Of a stretch of DNA of 64,000 bases, positions 10,049 to 20,398 are shown piece after piece. The notes beneath the pieces were generated by a model that was given only the letters and a program-made list of their open reading frames with translations, was not told the DNA's origin and ran no database searches. The stretch is from positions 1 through 64,000 of the forward strand of contig CAVSIV010000001.1 of assembly GCA_963728205.1 (NCBI GenBank), in the 5' to 3' direction. The translations under genes and the position numbers were made by a program. How positions within the stretch are numbered: the first letter of the stretch is position 1; the number at the start of each line of letters is the position of its first letter. The stretch comes from an uncultured Chloroflexia bacterium. Lineage in GTDB: Bacteria; Chloroflexota; Dehalococcoidia; UBA2979.

Positions 10049-11935
10049 ATGGAATCGGACCAGGGGGGGTACTGGAAGCGAGCGCTCTCGCGCCGTCGCG
10101 TGCTGCGCGGCTCCGCCGCGGTCGCGCTGGGCGGCGTCTCCGCCGCGCTGATCGGGTGCGGCAGCAGCAACAACAGCACGAGCACGCCGGCCGCGAGCGG
10201 TGGCGGGACGGCGGCCGCGAGCAATCCGTCGCTGGCTACCGGCACGCCGCCGCCGAACGTCGGCAACACCGGGCCGGCCAAGGGCATGTCGCCGCAGGAG
10301 GTGGCCGCGAACATCGGGCAGAAGTACCCGATCATCGGCCAGTACAACTGGACCAAGCTGAACTGGACGCCGCCGTCCGTGCGCGGCGGCAGCCTGCAGT
10401 ACGGCATCGGCACCAGCCCGCCGACGTGGGACCTGCCCAACGTCGGAACGGGCACGCCCGGCGTGCCCTACTACAACGGGCTCTACCGCGCCCGGATGGA
10501 GCCGGGCTCCAACCTCTGGGGCCAGGAGTTCGGGCCCGACCTCGCACAGACCACCGAGGCGAACCCCGACTACACCGAGTGGGTCTTCACGATCCCGCAG
10601 AACGTCATGTTCCACGACCTCGCGCCCGTGAACGGCCGCCAGATGACCGCCGAGGACGTCGTCTATTCGCTCGACGTCTATCGGAACAAGAGCGTCTGGT
10701 CGACGCCGCTGGCCGCCATCGACTCGATCACGGCCGTCGACGATCACACCGTCAAGTTCAAGATGAAGTCGTCGTACTTCGCGCTCCCGAACATCCTGGG
10801 GATGCCGTACTACCTGATCTTCGCGAAGGAGCACTTCGAGGGCGACCAGAACCGCTGGCGCACGCAGCCGATCGGCACCGGCGCCTTCCAGATGCAGGAG
10901 TACAAGACCGGCGAGCGCATCCACTCGGTGCGTCACCCGAAGTACTGGGAGAAGGACGCGGCCGGTCAGCAGCTGCCCTACCTGGACGAGATGACCGGTC
11001 TCGTGTTCGCCGACGCCAACGCGCGCAACGCCGCGTACCGGGTCGGCAAGATCGACTGGATCGACCTCGAGTCGGACTCGCAGACGTTCAAGGACCTGGT
11101 GAAGAGCAACGGGGACGGCCAGTTCACCGTCCAGCCGCACTGGGCGACGTACCAGTGGGGCCTGATCTGGCAGTGGGACAACCCGCTCTACAAGGACGAC
11201 CGCGTGCGGCGAGCGCTGTCGATGGCCGTCGACCGCCAGGGCATGGTCAACGGCATGCTCGCGACCTACGGCACGCCCTACTCACCGGTGCCGTTCGACC
11301 AGCAGGGTCTCGACGGCCCGCTCGGCTGGAACGATCTGCCGGCCTCGGCTCAGCACGACCCGAAGCAGGCGAAGCAGCTGCTCGACGCCGCCGGCCACGG
11401 CAGCGACCTGAACCTCACCGTGATCGAGCCGAACTACCTGACGCCGGCCACGGACTTCTCCGTGCTCGTGCAGCAGAACTGGAAGGATGTGGGGGTCACG
11501 CTCAACATCGAGCAGAAGGACTACCTCACCTTCACGAACACGCTCTACAAGAAGCAGTTCAACGACCTCGCCTACTTCGGCGGCATCGCGGGCTTCGACG
11601 CGGACGTCGTCGTGCGTCCGCTCTTCTACCCGGGCGCCTCGAGCAACTGGGGCAACGTCGACGACCAGAAGGTCACGGACATGCTCGACAAGCTGCACAC
11701 GGCGACCGACGTGCCGACGCGGCAGGACCTCGCGAAGCAGATCAACACGCAGCTGATGGAGAACGCCGACCAGCTGTTCCTCGTCGGCTACCACACGTTC
11801 GAGGTCGAGCAGAAGTGGGTGCACACGATCGCGCACTCGCTCTACACGCAGATCGGCAACTGGGGCGGCGCGAACTGGAAGTTCGTGAAGCTCGACGAGA
11901 CGGCCCCGAACGGGCGCGGCGGCAAGAAGGTCTAG
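10049..11935 (+). CDS. ABC transporter substrate-binding protein, family 5 (Tat-exported lipoprotein)
   Basis: SRRRVLRG twin-arginine motif plus lipobox-like ALIGC; PVNGRQMTAEDVVYS, PIGTGAF, DDRVRRALSMAVDR. Start uncertain by a few codons. Confidence 0.9.
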   Translation: MESDQGGYWKRALSRRRVLRGSAAVALGGVSAALIGCGSSNNSTSTPAASGGGTAAASNPSLATGTPPPNVGNTGPAKGMSPQEVAANIGQKYPIIGQYNWTKLNWTPPSVRGGSLQYGIGTSPPTWDLPNVGTGTPGVPYYNGLYRARMEPGSNLWGQEFGPDLAQTTEANPDYTEWVFTIPQNVMFHDLAPVNGRQMTAEDVVYSLDVYRNKSVWSTPLAAIDSITAVDDHTVKFKMKSSYFALPNILGMPYYLIFAKEHFEGDQNRWRTQPIGTGAFQMQEYKTGERIHSVRHPKYWEKDAAGQQLPYLDEMTGLVFADANARNAAYRVGKIDWIDLESDSQTFKDLVKSNGDGQFTVQPHWATYQWGLIWQWDNPLYKDDRVRRALSMAVDRQGMVNGMLATYGTPYSPVPFDQQGLDGPLGWNDLPASAQHDPKQAKQLLDAAGHGSDLNLTVIEPNYLTPATDFSVLVQQNWKDVGVTLNIEQKDYLTFTNTLYKKQFNDLAYFGGIAGFDADVVVRPLFYPGASSNWGNVDDQKVTDMLDKLHTATDVPTRQDLAKQINTQLMENADQLFLVGYHTFEVEQKWVHTIAHSLYTQIGNWGGANWKFVKLDETAPNGRGGKKV

Positions 11936-11958
11936 CCCCTCGGCGCTGACGCCGCGAC

Positions 11959-11987
11959 GGCGGCGACCGGCTCACCCGGTCGCCGCC
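11959..11987 (+). terminator. 12-bp stem hairpin after the SBP gene (terminator or mRNA-stabilising stem)
   Basis: GGCGGCGACCGG-CTCAC-CCGGTCGCCGCC. Confidence 0.5.
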
Positions 11988-12015
11988 ACGGTCGCGCGAC
12001 GGGAAAGGAACCAAC

Positions 12016-12948
12016 GTGGGAGTCGACGTCTTTGCGCTCGGGAAGCGCTACTCGAACTGGGGCCGGTGGGGCGCCGAGGACGAGCTCGGAACCACCAACT
12101 TCATCACCGCGGAGAAGCTCAAGCAGGCCGCGCAGACGGTGCGGCAGGGCAAGGTCTTCTCGCTCGGCATCCCGTTCGAGTCGACCGGCCCGCAGCTCGG
12201 GCCGTTCCGCATGAACCCCGTCCACATGATGTCGCTGGACGGCGGCGACGACGGCGCGTTCGCGTCGCGCGCGCGCGGCCCGCTGCGCGTGTGCGACGAC
12301 TGGATCATCATGCCGCTGCAGTCGGCGACGCAGTGGGACAGCCTCGCGCACGTCTACTACGACGGGCAGCTCTACAACGGCGTCCCGGCCGCGACCGTCA
12401 CGAGCGGCGGCGCCGAGCGCAACGGCATCGACAAGCAGTTCCGCGGCATCACCTCGCGCGGCGTGCTGCTCGACATCGCGCGCTACCGCGGCGTCGACTG
12501 GCTCCCGGTGGGCGAGCTGATCACGCCGGAGGACCTCGACGGCGCGGCGGCCAGGCAAAACGTCACCGTCGAGCCGGGGGACGTCGTCCTGTTCCGCACG
12601 GGGTGGCGCACGAAGTACGTGCGGGACGCGAACCGCCAGGAGTTCATGGGCGGCGAGCCGGGGATCGGCGTCGCGGCGCTCGAGTGGCTCTTCGAGAAGC
12701 AGATCGCGGCGATCGCGTCGGACAACTGGGCGGTCGAGGTGCTTCCCGGCGAGGACCCCGAGGTCGCGCTGCCGGTGCACTGCGTGGCGATCCGCGACAT
12801 CGGCCTGACGCTCGGCGAGATGTTCGACCTGGACGCCCTGGCCGACGACTGCGCGGCGGACGGCGTGTACGAGTTCCAGTTCGTGGCGCCGCCCCTCCGC
12901 GTGACCGGCGGGGTCGGCTCGCCGATCAACCCACTGGCGATCAAGTAA
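12016..12948 (+). CDS. cyclase family metal-dependent hydrolase (kynurenine formamidase-like)
   Basis: SNWGRWGAEDELGTTNFIT, QSATQWDSLAH, GDVVLFRTGW, GGVGSPINPLA. Confidence 0.88.
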   Translation: MGVDVFALGKRYSNWGRWGAEDELGTTNFITAEKLKQAAQTVRQGKVFSLGIPFESTGPQLGPFRMNPVHMMSLDGGDDGAFASRARGPLRVCDDWIIMPLQSATQWDSLAHVYYDGQLYNGVPAATVTSGGAERNGIDKQFRGITSRGVLLDIARYRGVDWLPVGELITPEDLDGAAARQNVTVEPGDVVLFRTGWRTKYVRDANRQEFMGGEPGIGVAALEWLFEKQIAAIASDNWAVEVLPGEDPEVALPVHCVAIRDIGLTLGEMFDLDALADDCAADGVYEFQFVAPPLRVTGGVGSPINPLAIK

Positions 12949-12989
12949 GGGCGCCGGCCAGTCGGCCCGCCCGGACGGGCTCCCGCTCC

Positions 12990-13961
12990 GTGCGGTTTGG
13001 TGTCTCCGTCGGCAACCTCGCGCCCGCCGGGACCGCGGTGGACGCGTGCCTCGAGGCGGCGCGCCTCGCCGACGCGCTCGGGTTCGACTCGGCGTGGGTC
13101 AACGATCATGTCGCGGTGCCGCGCCCCGCGCCCGGCGCGGAGGGGGCGCGCGGCGCCGGGTACGCCGCGCGACAGCCGTTCGAGCCGCTGGTGATGGTCG
13201 CCGCGCTGGCGGCGGCGACGCGCCGCCTGCAGCTCGGCATCTGCGTGCTCGCGATGCCGTTCCGGCACCCCGCCGTCACCGCGAAGATGCTCGCGACGGC
13301 CGACCGGCTCTCCGGCGGGCGCGTCGTGCTCGGCGCCGGCACCGGCTGGCTGCGCGAGGAGTTCGACGCGCTGGGCCTGCCGCCCGATCACTTCGCGCAC
13401 CGCGGCGCGGTGACCGACGACTACCTGCGCGCGGTGAAGGAGATCTGGACGAACACCGGGCCGAGCTCCTACCGCGGGCGTTACGTCGCGTTCGAGGACG
13501 TCGGCGCGTACCCGAAGCCGCTGCAGCGCCCGCACCCGCCGATCGTGATTGCCGGCGCCGGCCGCGCCGCGCTCGTGCGCGCCTCGCGGCTCGGCAACGG
13601 CCTGCAGCTCGCCGGCGACGACCCCGCGCAGCTCGCGGAGCACGTCGAGGCGCTGCGCGCGGTCTGCCGCGCCGATCGGCGCGACCCCGACGAGCTCGCG
13701 GTCTACCTGCTCGCAGCGGTGCGCTTCACGCGCGAGCCGCTGCCGGCGGAGGGCCGGCGCCCGCTCGCGGGCAGCGCGGAGCAGATCGCCGAGGACCTGC
13801 GCGCCTACGGCCGCGCCGGGCTCGACCACCTGGTCGCCGACCCGACCGTCGACGACGAGCCCGACCCGCTCTTCGCGCGGCGCCGCGGCATCGAGCGGCT
13901 GGCCGCGGAGATCCTGCCGGCGTTCGGCGGCGGGCGCGCCGGGACGACGGGAGCGCCGTGA
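12990..13961 (+). CDS. LLM-class (luciferase-like) oxidoreductase, probably F420-dependent
   Basis: GFDSAWVNDH, AKMLATADRLSGGRVVLGAGTGW, YPKPLQRPHPPI. Confidence 0.85.
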   Translation: MRFGVSVGNLAPAGTAVDACLEAARLADALGFDSAWVNDHVAVPRPAPGAEGARGAGYAARQPFEPLVMVAALAAATRRLQLGICVLAMPFRHPAVTAKMLATADRLSGGRVVLGAGTGWLREEFDALGLPPDHFAHRGAVTDDYLRAVKEIWTNTGPSSYRGRYVAFEDVGAYPKPLQRPHPPIVIAGAGRAALVRASRLGNGLQLAGDDPAQLAEHVEALRAVCRADRRDPDELAVYLLAAVRFTREPLPAEGRRPLAGSAEQIAEDLRAYGRAGLDHLVADPTVDDEPDPLFARRRGIERLAAEILPAFGGGRAGTTGAP

Positions 13962-14947
13962 TGGAGTTCGGCGTCACCGTCGGCAACTTCGGGAACTTCG
14001 GGAAGCACGCAGACGCGCCGGATCTCGTGGCGATCGCGCGCCACGCGGAGCTGCTCGGGTTCGACTCCGTGTGGGTGCACGACCACCTGGTGATGCCGGC
14101 CACGATCCGCGCGCGCTACCCGTACAACGAGTCCGGCGTCGCGGGCTTCGCGTACCGGCAGGACATCTACGACCCGCTGGCGATGATGGCGGCGATCGCG
14201 GTGGCGACGCGTCGCGTGCGCATCGGCACGAGCGTGCTGATCATCCCGTACCGCAACCCGGTCGTGCTCGCGCGCATGCTGGCGACGCTCGACCACCTCT
14301 CGCACGGCCGCATCCTGCTGGGGCTCGGCGTCGGCTGGATGGCCGAGGAGTTTGACGCGCTCGGCATCGGCGAGCACTACGCGCGGCGCGGCGCGGTGAC
14401 CGACGAGTGGATTCGCATCTGCCTCGCGCTCTGGGGCGACGAGGCGCCGGTCTCGCACCACGGGCGGCTGCACGCGTTCGAGCGGCTCGAGCCGCTGCCG
14501 ACCGTCCAGCGGCCGCGCATCCCGCTGTGGGTCGGCGGCAAGGGCGACGCCGCGTGGCGGCGCGTCGCGCGCTACGGGGACGGCTACCACACCATCACCT
14601 CGACCCCCGAGCAGATCGCCGAGGAGCTGCGCCACGTGCACGCCGAGCTCGAGCGGCAGGGGCGCGATCCCGCCGAGCTGGTGGTCTCGATGCTCGGGCC
14701 CCGCGTCGTGATCGGGCCGCGCGTCGACGCGCCCGGGGCGGTGAGCGGGAGCCGCGACGAGATCATCGAGCAGCTCGCCGCCTACGAACGCGCCGGCCTC
14801 CAGCATGCGCTCGCCACGCCCTCGTTCGGCGAGGGCCTCGGGCAGCAGCGACCCGAACGGACGATGGAGGCGATGCAGTACATGGCCGAGGAGATCCTCC
14901 CGGCGCTGCGCGGGTCGGGCCGCGCCGCGCCGGCGCGGGAGGGCTGA
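13961..14947 (+). CDS. LLM-class oxidoreductase, probably F420-dependent
   Basis: GFDSVWVHDHLVMP..RYPY, YRNPVVLARMLATLDHLSHGR. Start overlaps the upstream stop. Confidence 0.88.
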   Translation: MEFGVTVGNFGNFGKHADAPDLVAIARHAELLGFDSVWVHDHLVMPATIRARYPYNESGVAGFAYRQDIYDPLAMMAAIAVATRRVRIGTSVLIIPYRNPVVLARMLATLDHLSHGRILLGLGVGWMAEEFDALGIGEHYARRGAVTDEWIRICLALWGDEAPVSHHGRLHAFERLEPLPTVQRPRIPLWVGGKGDAAWRRVARYGDGYHTITSTPEQIAEELRHVHAELERQGRDPAELVVSMLGPRVVIGPRVDAPGAVSGSRDEIIEQLAAYERAGLQHALATPSFGEGLGQQRPERTMEAMQYMAEEILPALRGSGRAAPAREG

Positions 14948-14978
14948 CGGCGAAGGCGCAGCGGAGGGGGAGCGGCAC

Positions 14979-17414
14979 ATGCCCGGGGCGACGGCTGGGA
15001 CATTCGACGGACTGCGCGTGATTGAGATCGCCGAGGGGGTCGCGGGGCCGCTCGCGGCGCGCCTCCTCTCCGATTTCGGCGCCGACGTGATCAAGGTGGA
15101 GCCGCCGGTGGGCGACCGCGCGCGCGGGCTCGTCGCGCTCGGCGCCGACGCGAGCGGGATCTTCGAATACGCGAACTGGAACAAGCGCTCCGTCACGCTC
15201 GACCTCGAGTCGGACGCCGATCGCCAGGTGCTGCGCCGGCTGCTGGGCGAGGCGGACGTGCTGATCGAGTCGCTGGCGCCGGGGCGGCTTGCCGCGCTCG
15301 GCCTTGGCTACGAGACGCTCGCCGCGCGGAACCCGGGGCTCGTCGTCACCTCGGTCACGCCGTTCGGGCAGGACGGGCCGCTCGCCGGCTGGAAGAGCGA
15401 CGAGATCGTGGAGTGGGCCGCGGGCGGCTACATGTACTTCGGCGGCGATCCCGCGCGGCCGCCGCTGCTGATCCCCGGCTACCAGGCGCAGCACCACGCC
15501 GCGCAGGCGGCGGCCGTCGCTACGCTCGCCGCGCTGCGCTACCGCGCGACGACGGGGCTGGGGCAGCACATCGACCAGTCGATCCAGGAGGCGACGCTCG
15601 GCAGCCACGCCTGGAACAGCGTGTCGTGGACGCACACCGGCACCGTGATGCGGCGCGCCGGCTCGGACCTGTTCCGCTGCCGCGACGGCTGGGTGATGCT
15701 GATGCGCCGCGCGAACGAGCCCAACCTCTTCGTGCTGATGGACCGCCCCGAGCTGCTCGACGATCCGCGCTACGCGGACCGCACGGCGTGGATGGACCCG
15801 GCCTCCGAGATCTGGACGATGTTCGCGGAGTGGGCGCTCACGCAGGACAAGCTCGCCATCTACCACGCCGCGCAGGCGCTGCGGATTGCGCTGACGCCGG
15901 TGCAGACGATGGCCGATCTGCTGGCGTCGGAGCAGATGGCCGAACGCGGCTTCTTCGTCGAGGTGGATACGCAGGCGGCGGGGCCGGTGCGCATGCCGGG
16001 CTTCCCGTACCACTTCGGCGAGCTCGCGCCGGCGGTGCGCCGGCCGGCGCCGCGGCTCGGCGAGCACACGCAGGAGATCCGCGCGGGTGCGAGCTGGACG
16101 ACGAACGGGCACGGCGACGGCGCGGACGCCCCGCCCGCGCCGTCCCGCGGTGCCGCGGACCCGACGCCGCGGGCGCTCGACGGCCTCAACGTCCTCGAGG
16201 TGACCGCGAACTGGGCGGGGCCGCTCGCCGGCCGGCACCTCGGCGACCTCGGCGCCGAGGTGATCAAGGTCGAGTACGCGCAGCGCCCCGCGACCCGCGC
16301 GCTGTGGTACCCGGGCAACGACCCCGGCGCGCGGCCCTACAACCGGGCCGGCTACTTCAACCACCTGAACCGCAACAAGAAAGACGTCTGCATCGACCTC
16401 GGGAACCCGGCCGGCCGCGAGCTCTTCATGCGGCTCGTCGAGCGCGCGGACGTCCTGATCGAGAACAACAGCGCGCGCGTCATGCCGAACCTCGGCCTCG
16501 GCTGGGAGCAGCTCCGCGAGCGCAACCCGCGGCTGGTGATGGTCTCCGTCTCGGGCTTCGGGGCGAGCGGCCCGGAGCAGCACTACGTCGCCTACGGCGC
16601 GAACATCGAGGCCTCCTGCGGGCTGGCGTCGGTCACGGGCTACGGCGACGGCCAGCCGTTCCGCGCCGGCACCTTCTACGCCGACCCCGTCGCGGCGAAC
16701 TACGCGACGATTGCGATCTTCGTCGCGCTCGCGCACCGCGACCGCACCGGCCGCGGGCAGTGGATCGACATCTCGCTGAACGAGTGCGGGGTGACGTTCT
16801 TCGGCGGCGAGCTGGTCGACCACCAGCTCACCGGCGCTCCCTCGGTGCATCGCGGGAACCGACACGCGGTCTACGCGCCGCAGGGCGCGTACCGGTCGGC
16901 CGGCGACGACGCGTGGCTCGCGCTCACCGTGCGCGACGCCGACGAGTGGCGGGGGCTGTGCGCCGCGCTCGGCCGCGACGACTGGGCGTCGGATGGCGAG
17001 CTCGCGACCCAGACCGGGCGGCAGCGGCGGCACGACGAGCTCGACGCCGGCATCGCCGAGTGGGCGGCCGGCCGCGACCACCGCGACGCGGCGCAGGCGC
17101 TCCAGGCGAGCGGCGTCCCGGCGGCGCCGGTGATGGCGAACTGGGAGCTCGTGTCCGACCCGCACCTCTTCCACCGGCAGTTCTACGTGCCGATCGAGCA
17201 CCGCGACGTCGGCGTCCTGCCCTTCCCCGGTCCGCCGTGGAAGCTCGGGCGCACGCCCGGCCGCGTCTTCCTCCCCGCCCCGTGCTTCGCGGAGCACAAC
17301 GACTACGTGTTCCGCGACGTCCTCGGCCTGGACGACGACGCCGTCGCCGGGCTGCTGCGGGACGGCGTCACCGCGAGCGAGCCGACGCCGCAGCCGGTCT
17401 TCCGCGCGTCCTGA
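14979..17414 (+). CDS. double-domain class III CoA-transferase
   Basis: VIEIAEGVAGP..NWNKRSVTLDL and VLEVTANWAGP..NRNKKDVCIDL; APRLGEH and APCFAEHN. Confidence 0.92.
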   Translation: MPGATAGTFDGLRVIEIAEGVAGPLAARLLSDFGADVIKVEPPVGDRARGLVALGADASGIFEYANWNKRSVTLDLESDADRQVLRRLLGEADVLIESLAPGRLAALGLGYETLAARNPGLVVTSVTPFGQDGPLAGWKSDEIVEWAAGGYMYFGGDPARPPLLIPGYQAQHHAAQAAAVATLAALRYRATTGLGQHIDQSIQEATLGSHAWNSVSWTHTGTVMRRAGSDLFRCRDGWVMLMRRANEPNLFVLMDRPELLDDPRYADRTAWMDPASEIWTMFAEWALTQDKLAIYHAAQALRIALTPVQTMADLLASEQMAERGFFVEVDTQAAGPVRMPGFPYHFGELAPAVRRPAPRLGEHTQEIRAGASWTTNGHGDGADAPPAPSRGAADPTPRALDGLNVLEVTANWAGPLAGRHLGDLGAEVIKVEYAQRPATRALWYPGNDPGARPYNRAGYFNHLNRNKKDVCIDLGNPAGRELFMRLVERADVLIENNSARVMPNLGLGWEQLRERNPRLVMVSVSGFGASGPEQHYVAYGANIEASCGLASVTGYGDGQPFRAGTFYADPVAANYATIAIFVALAHRDRTGRGQWIDISLNECGVTFFGGELVDHQLTGAPSVHRGNRHAVYAPQGAYRSAGDDAWLALTVRDADEWRGLCAALGRDDWASDGELATQTGRQRRHDELDAGIAEWAAGRDHRDAAQALQASGVPAAPVMANWELVSDPHLFHRQFYVPIEHRDVGVLPFPGPPWKLGRTPGRVFLPAPCFAEHNDYVFRDVLGLDDDAVAGLLRDGVTASEPTPQPVFRAS

Positions 17415-17484
17415 GCGGTAGCCGGCGGATCAACCACGCGCACCAGCCGGCCCCGCGCGCCGGCACGAGCAGACGAGGAGCACC

Positions 17485-18330
17485 GTGAGCTACGAGTTCA
17501 TCGAGTATTCGGCCGCAGACCGCATCGCGACTATCGCGCTCAACCGCCCCGAGAAGCGCAACGCGCTGAACGTCGGCATTCGGCGCGAGATCGTCGACGC
17601 GCTGCAGGCGGCGGAGCGCGACGACGAGGTGTCGGTGATCGTGATCGAGGGCCGCGGGCCGTCGTTCTGCAGCGGCTACGACATCACGCCCAACCGCTCG
17701 CGCGGTCCGAACGACGGCTACGTCTCGCCGCAGTGGTACGACGACTGGACCGACCAGTTCACGCGCTCCTGCCTGCGCGACTGGATGACGATCTGGGACC
17801 TGCTGAAGCCCGTCGTCGCGAAGGTGCACGGCTACTGCCTGGCCGGCGGCACCGAGCTGATGTCGATGTGCGACATCGCGTTCGTCGCCGAGGACGCGGT
17901 GATCGGCTACCCGCCGATGCGCGGCATGACGACGCCGGACGTGCCGTACTTCCCGTGGAAGGTACCGATGAGCTGGGCGAAGTACCTCCAGCTCACGGGC
18001 AACTCGATCACGGGGAAGCGAGCGGCGGAGATCGGCTGGGTCGTGAAGAGCTTCCCCGCGGCGGAGCTGGATGCCGAGGTGGCGAAGGAGGTGCAGGCGA
18101 TGGCCGCGATCGCGCCGGACCTGCTGGCCGGCAACAAGCTGTCGCTTAACCAGACGTACGAGATCCAGGGCTTCCGCGCGGCGCTCAGCACGGCGCCGCA
18201 GTGGCACGCGCTGACGTCGCGGCTGCGACCCGGCGCCGGCGACTTCGGCCGCATCTCGCAGGAGCAGGGGCTGCGCGCGGCGCTCGAGTGGCGGGACGGC
18301 GCGTTCCGCGAGCTCGACCCGCGGCGCTGA
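17485..18330 (+). CDS. enoyl-CoA hydratase/isomerase family protein
   Basis: LNRPEKRNAL, SFCSGYD, KPVVAKVHGYCLAGG. Paralogue of 6879-7808. Confidence 0.9.
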   Translation: MSYEFIEYSAADRIATIALNRPEKRNALNVGIRREIVDALQAAERDDEVSVIVIEGRGPSFCSGYDITPNRSRGPNDGYVSPQWYDDWTDQFTRSCLRDWMTIWDLLKPVVAKVHGYCLAGGTELMSMCDIAFVAEDAVIGYPPMRGMTTPDVPYFPWKVPMSWAKYLQLTGNSITGKRAAEIGWVVKSFPAAELDAEVAKEVQAMAAIAPDLLAGNKLSLNQTYEIQGFRAALSTAPQWHALTSRLRPGAGDFGRISQEQGLRAALEWRDGAFRELDPRR

Positions 18331-18412
18331 GGCGACGGGCGACCCCGGCCCGGCGGACAATACGACGGGCGCGCGGGAGAGCGGCGCGCCCGGCAGGCGG
18401 AAGGACGACGAC

Positions 18413-19618
18413 ATGGACTGGGCCGACACGCCCGAGCAGGCCGCGTTTCGCGACCAGGTACGGCAGCTGATCCGGGATCGCCTCCCCGACCGCTACCAGG
18501 CGCGACGCCGCGGGATTCCCTGGCAGCAGGACCGGCGCTCCGACGACGCCGCGGCGCGCGAGGCGGCCCTCGCCTGGACGGCCGCGCTCGCCGAGCACGG
18601 GTGGGTGGCGCCGCACTGGCCGAAGGAGTTCGGCGGTGCGGGGCTCACGCCGATGGAGCAGTTCATCTTCAACCACGAGATGGCCGAGGCCGGCGCACCG
18701 GCCGCCGCGAGCCTGCACGGCGTGCAGATGCTCGGCCCCACGTTGATCGTGCACGGCACGGAGGAGCAGCGCCGCGAGCACCTGCCGCGCATCCTTTCGG
18801 GCGAGGTCGTGTGGTGCCAGGGCTACTCCGAGCCGGGCGCCGGCTCCGACCTGGCGGCCGTGCAGACCCGCGCCGATCACGACGGCGACGACTTCGTCGT
18901 GAACGGTCAGAAGATCTGGACGACCGGCGCCCACACCGCCGACTGGCTCTTCGGCCTCTTCCGCACGAACCCGTCGGCGCCGAAGCACCGCGGCATCTCG
19001 TTCCTGATGGTGGACCTCAAGACGCCCGGGCTCTCGATCCGTCCGATCATCGACATGGGCTGGGGGCACGACCTGAACGAGGCGTTCTTCGAGGACGTGC
19101 GCGTGTCGCGCTCCAACCTCGTCGGCGAGGAGGACCGCGGCTGGTACGTCGGCATGACGCTGCTCGACTTCGAGCGCTCGGGCATCTCGAACGCCGTCGG
19201 ACTGCGCCGCGAGATCGGGGAGCTGATCGCGTACGCAACCGGCGACGGGCGGGAGCGCTCGCGGCTCGACGCGCCTGCGATCCGCGCGGAGATCGCGCAG
19301 CGGTACATCGAGACCGAGGTCGGCTTCCAGTTCTCGCTGCGGATCATCTCGATGCAGACCGCCGGCCTGGTGCCGAACTACGAGGCGTCCGTGGCGAAGC
19401 TGTTCATGTCGGAGCTCGGGCAGACGATCGCGCGGTCGGGGACGAAGGTGTTCGGCCTCTATGCGAACGTGTGGGACCAGGACTCGCCGCTCGCGCCGAG
19501 CGGGGCGCACTTCACGCGCTCCTACGTAGGATCGATCCCGTCGACGATCGCCGGCGGCACGAGCGAGATCCAGCGCAACATCATCGCGACGCGCGGGCTG
19601 GGGCTGCCGCGCGGGTAG
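18413..19618 (+). CDS. acyl-CoA dehydrogenase family protein
   Basis: WCQGYSEPGAGSDLA, NGQKIWTT, TIAGGTSEIQRNIIA. Confidence 0.93.
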   Translation: MDWADTPEQAAFRDQVRQLIRDRLPDRYQARRRGIPWQQDRRSDDAAAREAALAWTAALAEHGWVAPHWPKEFGGAGLTPMEQFIFNHEMAEAGAPAAASLHGVQMLGPTLIVHGTEEQRREHLPRILSGEVVWCQGYSEPGAGSDLAAVQTRADHDGDDFVVNGQKIWTTGAHTADWLFGLFRTNPSAPKHRGISFLMVDLKTPGLSIRPIIDMGWGHDLNEAFFEDVRVSRSNLVGEEDRGWYVGMTLLDFERSGISNAVGLRREIGELIAYATGDGRERSRLDAPAIRAEIAQRYIETEVGFQFSLRIISMQTAGLVPNYEASVAKLFMSELGQTIARSGTKVFGLYANVWDQDSPLAPSGAHFTRSYVGSIPSTIAGGTSEIQRNIIATRGLGLPRG

Positions 19619-19633
19619 CGGCCGCGCCGCTCG

Positions 19634-20398
19634 CTAGATCGTCTCTCCGCCGTCGAGCACCACGGTCGCGCCGGTCGCGTACGACGCGGCGCCGCTCGCG
19701 AGGTAGACGACGGCGCCCGCCACCTCGTCGGCCTCGCCGATGCGGCCGAGCGCGGTGGCGGCGAGCGTCTGCGCGCGGTTCGTCTCGTCGTCCCAGAGCG
19801 CGCGAGAGAACTCGGTGCGGATCACGCCGGGGACGACGCAGTTGACGCGGATGCCGTCGGCGCCCCACTCCTTCGCGCACACCTTGGTGAGCATGATCAG
19901 CGCCGCCTTCGAGATCGAGTAGGCGCCGAGGCCGGGGGTCGGCCGGATGCCGGTGTTGGAGCCGATGTTCACGATCGCGCCGCCGTCGCCGTGCTCGAGC
20001 ATTGCCGCGCGCGCGGCAACGCTGAGCTGCCAGACGGCGCGCAGGTTCGTGTTCATCACGACGTCCCACGCGCGGGCCTCGAGGTCGGCGATGCCGCCGA
20101 AGACGGGGTTGGCGCCGGCGTTGTTCACGAGGACGTCGACGCGGCCGAGCTGCGCACGCGTCTCGTCGACGAGCGCCTGCAGCGCGTCGGGCTCGCGGAC
20201 GTTCGTGGGGACGGCGGCGCAGCGCACGCCGAGCGCGCGGATCTCCGCGCTCGCGTCGGCGAGCGACTCCGCCTGTCGCGCGGCGATCGCCACGTCCGCG
20301 CCCGCCGCGGCGAGCCCGAGCGCGATCGCGCGCCCGATCCCCCGGCTGCCGCCGGTCACGATGGCGACTCGCCCGGCCAGCGGGAATGCGTCGGTCAT
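19634..20398 (-). CDS. short-chain dehydrogenase/reductase (classical SDR)
   Basis: TGGSRGIG, VNNAG, YSISK catalytic motif. Confidence 0.93.
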   Translation of the reverse strand: MTDAFPLAGRVAIVTGGSRGIGRAIALGLAAAGADVAIAARQAESLADASAEIRALGVRCAAVPTNVREPDALQALVDETRAQLGRVDVLVNNAGANPVFGGIADLEARAWDVVMNTNLRAVWQLSVAARAAMLEHGDGGAIVNIGSNTGIRPTPGLGAYSISKAALIMLTKVCAKEWGADGIRVNCVVPGVIRTEFSRALWDDETNRAQTLAATALGRIGEADEVAGAVVYLASGAASYATGATVVLDGGETI

